DNA of 64,000 nucleotides from Alphaproteobacteria bacterium (GTDB lineage Bacteria; Pseudomonadota; Alphaproteobacteria; GM7ARS4; G965262615): NCBI GenBank assembly GCA_965262615.1, contig OZ253545.1, positions 960,001 to 1,024,000 of the forward strand, read 5' to 3'. Shown piece by piece: positions 51,278 to 64,000 of this stretch (position 1 is its first letter; each line of letters starts with the position of its first letter). The notes under the pieces were generated by a model. It saw only the letters and a program-made list of their open reading frames with translations, ran no database searches and was not told where the DNA came from. The position numbers and the translations under genes were made by a program.

Positions 51278-52115
51278 CCTTCTTTCCTTCGATTTTTGTG
51301 ATGAGAGAGTCTTTGATTTGCTCATGGCTATACATGCCTTGTGCATCTTTTTCTGCCAAAATATCAATTTTTTGGCTGAAACCGTCGCTATTGAAAATAG
51401 CTAATTCATTTTGGTCATCCTTGCCGACACATACTAGAGCATCAATTTCACCGTCAATTTTTGCATTTCTTGCTCCGAAAAAGAAATCAAAGAACTTTTC
51501 CGTGACACTTGCTCGATCAAATTTCACCTCTAAGGTGTAACGAGTTCCTACCTTGTCCAAACCAAAAGGATCTCTTTCCACTGCAAAAATATCCAATATT
51601 TTTTTAGACTTGTTGAAAATATCCTCTGTGAAAGAAACTTTCACTTTATTTATTTCTCTTATTATTTCAGCAAATTCCTCTGCGGTTTTGAAGAAATGCT
51701 TGATAAAAACCCTTCTTTTTAGTTGATGTTTTAAACATTCTTCAAGGAATTTTTTTGCACCAGTAGATATGTAGAGGATGGCAATACCTTGATTTTCGGC
51801 ACAGAGGACGAATAACTGCTTGTTTGTTTCTATCTGTTCTCTTGTTCTCGGGTTATCTTCTTGCTTTTTGCTTGCCGTGTTGAGAACTGTTTGACTATAG
51901 GGAGTAGATGTTCCGTGTTGGGCGTAGAGCCAAAAATACCTATCATCAATGATTTCCTTGTGAATGATGTAGGCAGAGTTTCGGAGCGGAAAATTTTCTG
52001 GGATGTTACTAAAAGCATCAATCAAGTCCTGCACTGAGGCAACCTCATCGCCAAAGGCAAATTTATCCTCAATAACGATATACACTTTGGAAAATCCAAT
52101 ACTCATTTGATGCAT
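51270..52115 (-). CDS. Conserved soluble hypothetical protein (281 aa), paralog of 9303-10139
   Basis: KEIIDDRYFWLYAQHGT, NPRTREQIETNKQLFVL, GKDDQNELAI. Confidence 0.8.
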   Translation of the reverse strand: MHQMSIGFSKVYIVIEDKFAFGDEVASVQDLIDAFSNIPENFPLRNSAYIIHKEIIDDRYFWLYAQHGTSTPYSQTVLNTASKKQEDNPRTREQIETNKQLFVLCAENQGIAILYISTGAKKFLEECLKHQLKRRVFIKHFFKTAEEFAEIIREINKVKVSFTEDIFNKSKKILDIFAVERDPFGLDKVGTRYTLEVKFDRASVTEKFFDFFFGARNAKIDGEIDALVCVGKDDQNELAIFNSDGFSQKIDILAEKDAQGMYSHEQIKDSLITKIEGKKDA

Positions 52116-52185
52116 TTAACACCATTACCTGATAATTTGCAATCCCACTAAGAGTTAAAATTTCTTATGCAGCTTTTTCAGAAAT

Positions 52186-52249
52186 TGGCGGATGGGGCGA
52201 GATTCGAGCCATCGGCACTGTTTCCTGCATACACGCTTTCCAAGTGTGC
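52186..52249 (-). pseudogene. Degenerate tRNA-Ser(GGA) lacking the 5' acceptor strand and D-arm
   Basis: gcacacttGGAaagcgtgt anticodon arm, long variable arm, T-loop-like ggctcgaatc, ccatccgCCA end; T-stem broken. Confidence 0.7.
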
Positions 52250-52348
52250 TCCCACCAAAGATGCTAGACGCGCCAACGCCCCCTTATGTCAATGGATGGA
52301 CGCGAGGGAGTTTCCGTTATCAAATTACAATACCACTCATAGTGGTGG

Positions 52349-53338
52349 TCATCCCCATTTTTGTTTGTCGGGGATGACACCGCGCACACCACCTGTGGGG
52401 TCGGTCATATCATCAATGCGGCGGGGGATGAGATGAATGTGGCAGTGGCGAATGGTCTGTCCCGCGCAATCGCCATTGTTGACACCGATATTGAAGCCAT
52501 CTACCAATTTATCCATTTTTTCAATATCCGCTTTGACCTCGTGCAACAGCGATTGAATCCCATTGATTTCGGGCTGATACAATTCAAAATAACTATCAAT
52601 GTGCCGCTTGGGAATAATCAAAGAGTGAAGCCGCGTCACAGGATACTCATCCCGCACGGCGTAGCACATTTCGTTTTGCCGCACAATGCGATCCGAATTG
52701 ATGTCACAAAAGGCGCACCCTTTGACGCGCACTTTGTAGCTCTCAAGCATTTTTCTAAAGTCGGTGGTGTCTCTGTTGCTCTTTGAGGTGTTGCAGCTTT
52801 CACAGAGTGCTTGAAAGTTGGATATGTCATCCGAGCCACCTTTGCTTTTGGGAAGGATGTGGTCGACATGAGCGGGGCTTTCAGTAAAGGGGATGAAACA
52901 AAGCTCACAGTGTCCTTTGGCTCTGGCAATAACGCGATATCTAAAGGCGGGGTCAATAAAACCTTTGCTTGTTGAGGCTTGGGCATTTTTAGGGTTTGAC
53001 AGGTATTTTTCCAATTTATGGTCGCACAGAGCAATGAGGCGGGTCACTTCATCTTGCGACAAGTCACCGAACCCCTTGAGGATGTATGTGTTGCTGTGCT
53101 TTTCGGTGATGCCATGGTTGTCGGTCAGCACTTTGCCCACCATTTTTTTTGTGTTTTTTTCGTATTCTTTAATTTGCTCTGTGTCATTACAGACGATGGC
53201 ACGGGCGATGTCGGTGACGGAAGCCTCGCCCCCTTGTTGCAACAATGTCTTGAGCATGACGGGCTGATAGATATGTTGCATCATCATTTTTTTCGTGATG
53301 AAATGCTCAAGGCGTTGGTAGCTATCAGAGCTGGTCAT
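52349..53338 (-). CDS. HTH-like domain + HNH endonuclease + HIT hydrolase fusion (329 aa)
   Basis: CELC..HVDHILPKSKGGSDDISNFQALCESCNTSKSN; CAFC; AGQTIRHCHIHLIPRR. Confidence 0.88.
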   Translation of the reverse strand: MTSSDSYQRLEHFITKKMMMQHIYQPVMLKTLLQQGGEASVTDIARAIVCNDTEQIKEYEKNTKKMVGKVLTDNHGITEKHSNTYILKGFGDLSQDEVTRLIALCDHKLEKYLSNPKNAQASTSKGFIDPAFRYRVIARAKGHCELCFIPFTESPAHVDHILPKSKGGSDDISNFQALCESCNTSKSNRDTTDFRKMLESYKVRVKGCAFCDINSDRIVRQNEMCYAVRDEYPVTRLHSLIIPKRHIDSYFELYQPEINGIQSLLHEVKADIEKMDKLVDGFNIGVNNGDCAGQTIRHCHIHLIPRRIDDMTDPTGGVRGVIPDKQKWG

Positions 53339-53711
53339 AGGAATCTCTTGTCAAAGGTTTGACGCAAAGATTAACTTTGCATCCTTATCCATGCCTTTAT
53401 AATACCGCAAAAAAGAATTCCGTTCAAGAATTTTACTCACCGTCCACCGCTCCGTCCATCGTCATTCGCGACAATTATTTTTCATATCTTGACGCGAACA
53501 GCTTGACAATCATCGTCTCAAAGGTCTACAACAAGGACATATAAGCAGTGAGATAATTACACTTCGGCATTTGCGCGCGCTGATTTTTGTCAGATGATGA
53601 AAGGCGGGCGGGGAAGGTGCATTATCTCATTTGCGCGCGCCATCAGCCACAAAAAACGGGTAGGAACAGAACAATGGGATATCGGGCAACACATCAACCA
53701 ACAGACAAATC

Positions 53712-53797
53712 GGTGGGGTGGCCGAGCGGTCAAAGGCAGCAGACTGTAAATCTGCCGACATTTGTCTACGTAGGTTCGAATCCTACCCCCACCACCA
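53712..53797 (+). tRNA. tRNA-Tyr(GTA)
   Basis: GGTGGGG/CCCCACC acceptor stem, ctGTAaa loop, long variable arm, encoded CCA. Confidence 0.96.
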
Positions 53798-53832
53798 CCC
53801 TCAGCACCATGAGTCACACGAGCCTTTCGCGC

Positions 53833-53903
53833 GCGGGTGTAGCTTAATGGTAAAGCCCCAGCCTTCCAAGCTGGTTACGTGGGTTCGATTCCCATCACCC
53901 GCT
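53833..53903 (+). tRNA. tRNA-Gly(TCC)
   Basis: GCGGGTG/CACCCGC acceptor stem, ctTCCaa loop, GGTTCGATTCC. Confidence 0.95.
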
Positions 53904-53940
53904 CACCAAATCCAACAAGCCAATAGCAAGGAGAACCACA

Positions 53941-55131
<1,191 letters not shown>

Positions 55132-55181
55132 CTCGCGTTCTATGCCGCGTTCTGTGCCACTTTCTATGCCAAGTCCTATGA

Positions 55182-55254
55182 AGGAGTGTAGCTCAATTGG
55201 TAGAGCACCGGTCTCCAAAACCGGGGGTTGTAGGTTCGAGTCCTATCGCTCCTG
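55182..55254 (+). tRNA. tRNA-Trp(CCA)
   Basis: AGGAGTG/CGCTCCT acceptor stem, ctCCAaa loop; between tuf and secE. Confidence 0.95.
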
Positions 55255-55272
55255 CGCGAGAGGGATGATGTC

Positions 55273-55467
55273 ATGCAGGTAGGAATTTTCATGCGAGAGG
55301 TGCGCCAAGAACTGGCAAAAGTCATTTGGCCCAAAAGGGGTGAAATCATCGCCATGACCATCACCGTCTTGGTGTTTGTCACCATTATTGCCCTGTTCTT
55401 TGTGCTGATTGATAGCATTATTTCTGATGTCATTGAAACCATCATTGTGTGGGGGCGTTCGCTATGA
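55273..55467 (+). CDS. secE: Preprotein translocase subunit SecE
   Basis: EVRQELAKVIWP plus TM helix; upstream of nusG. Confidence 0.93.
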   Translation: MQVGIFMREVRQELAKVIWPKRGEIIAMTITVLVFVTIIALFFVLIDSIISDVIETIIVWGRSL

Positions 55468-56021
55468 GTGAAGCCGCACACAAAACTGATACGATGGCGT
55501 GGTACATCATTCAAGGACAATCGGGATTTGAGAAGAAGATTGTCGCCGCCATTGAGGAGCAGGCGAAGGTCAAGGGACTGATGTCGTTGATTGGGAAAAT
55601 TGAAACACCTTCTGAAGAAGTGGTGGAGGTGCGCAAGGGGGCGCGCAAAACCAGTCAGCGTAAGTTATTTCCGGGTTATATTCTCATCCATGCGGTGATG
55701 AATGACGAGATTCGTCATATGATTTTGCAAGTTCCCAAAGTGATTGATATCTTGGGCGGCGGCAAGGGTGAGGCTCTGCCTATGGAAGAAGACGAGATGG
55801 AGCGAGTCAATCAGCGGGTGCATGAGGGCAGCACGCGCCTCAAGACGCTGGTCAGCTTTGAGGTGGGCGAGCAGGTGCGGGTGTGTGATGGTCCTTTTGC
55901 CTCTTTTAACGGGCTGGTGGAGTCGGTGGATGAGGAAAAGGCGCGTCTCAAGGTCAGCATTTCCATTTTCGGACGCGCCACACCGGTCAATTTGGATTAT
56001 GCTCAAGTGGAAAAGGTGTGA
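55464..56021 (+). CDS. nusG: Transcription factor NusG
   Basis: [35 protein letters not shown]. Confidence 0.97.
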   Translation: MSEAAHKTDTMAWYIIQGQSGFEKKIVAAIEEQAKVKGLMSLIGKIETPSEEVVEVRKGARKTSQRKLFPGYILIHAVMNDEIRHMILQVPKVIDILGGGKGEALPMEEDEMERVNQRVHEGSTRLKTLVSFEVGEQVRVCDGPFASFNGLVESVDEEKARLKVSISIFGRATPVNLDYAQVEKV

Positions 56022-56025
56022 TGTG

Positions 56026-56472
56026 ATGGCAAAAAAGCAAGGCAAGGGTAAAGAAATTACCGGCTATATCAAGTTGCAGATTCCTGCGGCGGGCGCGTCA
56101 CCGTCACCGCCGGTGGGGTCGGCGTTGGGACAAAAAGGACTGAACATCATGGAGTTTTGCAAAGCCTTTAATGACCAAACCAAAGACTTGGATAAGGATA
56201 TGATTATCCCCGTGCTCATCACGGTTTATGGTGACAAGAGCTTCACCTTTGTGGTGAAGAAGCCGCCGATGTCATACTTTATCAAGAAGGAGGCGGGTTT
56301 GGAGAAAGCCTCTGGCACGGCGGGACGCGAAGTGGTGGCTCAGTTGTCGCGAGAGTCTGTGCGGCGTATTGCCGATGAGAAGATGGTGGATATGGGTGCG
56401 GCATCTGTGGAGGCGGCGATGCGCTCGGTGGCTGGCTCGGCGCGCTCTATGGGAATCACGGTGGAGGAATAG
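56026..56472 (+). CDS. rplK: 50S ribosomal protein L11
   Basis: [29 protein letters not shown]; ARSMG. Confidence 0.97.
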   Translation: MAKKQGKGKEITGYIKLQIPAAGASPSPPVGSALGQKGLNIMEFCKAFNDQTKDLDKDMIIPVLITVYGDKSFTFVVKKPPMSYFIKKEAGLEKASGTAGREVVAQLSRESVRRIADEKMVDMGAASVEAAMRSVAGSARSMGITVEE

Positions 56473-56473
56473 C

Positions 56474-57190
56474 ATGGCGCGGCGATTGGGAAAAAAACTA
56501 CAAAAAGCCTATGAGGCGCGTGAGGCAACGCCTTATGATCTGAGCAAGGCGGTGGCATTGGTGCGTTCATCGTCCTATGCGAATTTTGATGAGACGGTGG
56601 ATGTTGCCATCGGCTTGGGCATTGATTCCAAACGCTCAGATCAGACGGTGCGCGGTGCTGTGGTGTTGCCTCATGGCACCGGCAAGACGGTGCGGGTGGC
56701 GGTTTTTGCCAAAGGGGGCAAAGCCGATGAGGCTCGCAGCGCAGGAGCTGATGTGGTGGGTGACGATGATCTTGCCGAATTGGTCAAAAAGGGGCAGATG
56801 GATTTTGAACGTTGCATTGCCACGCCCGACATGATGGCACTGGTGGGGCAACTGGGACGCATTTTGGGACCTCGTGGCATGATGCCCAATCCCAAGCTGG
56901 GAACGGTCACCGATGATGTCACTGCTGCGGTCTCGGCGGCAAAGGGCGGACAGATTACCTTTCGCAATGACAAGGCGGGCATCATTCATGCCCCTGTGGG
57001 GCGGGTGAGCTTTGCCGCAGACAAACTGGTGGAGAACATTCGTGCCTTGCTTGATGCCTTGGAGCGCGCGAAGCCACAAGGGGTCAAGGGAATTTATCTG
57101 CGTTCCATGGCGGTGACCTCAACGATGGGCATTGGTGTCATGGTGGACATGAGGTCGGCAATGGGGCGCACGGCAACGGGAGGCGGCTGA
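56474..57190 (+). CDS. rplA: 50S ribosomal protein L1
   Basis: [28 protein letters not shown]. Confidence 0.97.
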   Translation: MARRLGKKLQKAYEAREATPYDLSKAVALVRSSSYANFDETVDVAIGLGIDSKRSDQTVRGAVVLPHGTGKTVRVAVFAKGGKADEARSAGADVVGDDDLAELVKKGQMDFERCIATPDMMALVGQLGRILGPRGMMPNPKLGTVTDDVTAAVSAAKGGQITFRNDKAGIIHAPVGRVSFAADKLVENIRALLDALERAKPQGVKGIYLRSMAVTSTMGIGVMVDMRSAMGRTATGGG

Positions 57191-57191
57191 T

Positions 57192-57707
57192 ATGTTGCGA
57201 GCACAAAAAGTGGCGTGGAGCGGGGTCATCAAAGAGGCGGTGAGCGATAGCACACTGGTGATTGTGGTGCACTGGAATAAACTGACGGTCGCGGAAGTCA
57301 ATGGCTTGCGTCATGACTTGCGCGCTGCCAACGGTTCTTTTCGCGTGGTGAAGAATAATCTGTTGCCCTTTGCTTTGGGGGATGGTGAGTGGTCTGAGTT
57401 GCATTCGCTGCTTGAGGGCAGTTCGGCACTGGCGTGTGCCTATGGTGATATTGTGGCGGCATCCAAAGTGGTGGTGGATTTTGCCAAAGAGACCGAAAAA
57501 ATTGATATACGCGGCGGCATGATGGATGGCAAATTGCTGGCTGCCAATGATATTCATCAGTTGGCGTCATTGCCGCCGTTGGATGTGTTACGGGCGCGTC
57601 TTATTGGGGCACTGACGGCACCGCAATCGCAACTGGTATCTCTACTGACGGCACCGTCTTCATCGGTGGCGCGGGTGATTTCAGCCTTTGCGACTAAGGG
57701 AGGATGA
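57192..57707 (+). CDS. rplJ: 50S ribosomal protein L10
   Basis: VVKNNL, LASLPPLDVLRARL; operon position. Confidence 0.93.
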   Translation: MLRAQKVAWSGVIKEAVSDSTLVIVVHWNKLTVAEVNGLRHDLRAANGSFRVVKNNLLPFALGDGEWSELHSLLEGSSALACAYGDIVAASKVVVDFAKETEKIDIRGGMMDGKLLAANDIHQLASLPPLDVLRARLIGALTAPQSQLVSLLTAPSSSVARVISAFATKGG

Positions 57708-57751
57708 GATGGTTTTTTGTCTGTCAATCATAACAAAAAGGGAGGCTGATC

Positions 57752-58135
57752 ATGACGGATCTTAAGAAAGTGGTGGATCAATTATCAAAATTGACGGTCA
57801 TGGAGGCTGCCGAGCTGGCAAAGATGCTGGAAGACGAATGGGGCGTGTCGGCTGCTGCGCCTGTGGCGGTGGCGGCGGCACCTGCGGCGGCGGGAGATGC
57901 CGCGGCAGGCGATGATGACGAACCTGACACGGTCACCATCGTGCTGACTGGTGCTGGTGGCAAGAAAATCAATGTCATCAAAGAGGTGCGCGCCATTACC
58001 GAATTGGGACTCAAAGAAGCCAAAGAACTGGTGGAATCTGCTCCCAAGCCCCTCAAAGAAGATGTCAAAAAGGAGGAAGCCGCAGAGATCAAAAAACGCT
58101 TGGAAGAAGCCGGCGCAACGGTGGAACTCAAGTAA
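57752..58135 (+). CDS. rplL: 50S ribosomal protein L7/L12
   Basis: [30 protein letters not shown]. Confidence 0.97.
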   Translation: MTDLKKVVDQLSKLTVMEAAELAKMLEDEWGVSAAAPVAVAAAPAAAGDAAAGDDDEPDTVTIVLTGAGGKKINVIKEVRAITELGLKEAKELVESAPKPLKEDVKKEEAAEIKKRLEEAGATVELK

Positions 58136-58217
58136 TGGTCTTTTTTCCTTCGGTTTCGCGGCTGGTTATTCACGCCGGCTGTTCCTTCTTGCACCCTTTT
58201 AACTGTAAAGGAAATGG

Positions 58218-64000
<5,783 letters not shown>

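Noticed and set aside
53568-53640. 13-bp direct repeat catttgcgcgcgc upstream of tRNA-Tyr
   Set aside because: Only two short, low-complexity copies; may be promoter discriminator elements but cannot be supported further.

Overview
Chromosomal window from an alphaproteobacterium, judged from gene order (cpoB-tilS-ftsH-folP-glmM-thiD; slt/dapA-smpB; tRNA-Tyr/Gly-tuf-tRNA-Trp-secE-nusG-rplKAJL-rpoBC). The ankyrin expansion and large autotransporters suggest a host-associated symbiont (inference). Housekeeping blocks are 1-587, 15.4-34.5 kb and 53.7-64 kb. Accessory content: (1) a four-unit array of a small membrane/coiled-coil gene alternating with intact or broken LEM-3-like GIY-YIG nuclease genes (1.3-4.7 kb); (2) two autotransporters, one with a His-ladder passenger; (3) an 11-gene ankyrin-repeat array (34.5-49.3 kb) with a conserved nucleotide framework, variable surface positions and shuffled loop modules, whose secreted members carry decayed copies of the 3' ends of the flanking smpB and/or MFS genes; (4) a defence-like cassette (HNH-HIT, tRNA-Ser relic, soluble protein, membrane protein, PAPS-reductase-like enzyme; 49.4-53.3 kb) with an inverted, eroded second copy at 9.0-10.8 kb that keeps only the soluble/membrane pair. 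No transposase, integrase, reverse transcriptase or CRISPR array was recognised. All family calls come from motif recognition by eye; no database searches were run.
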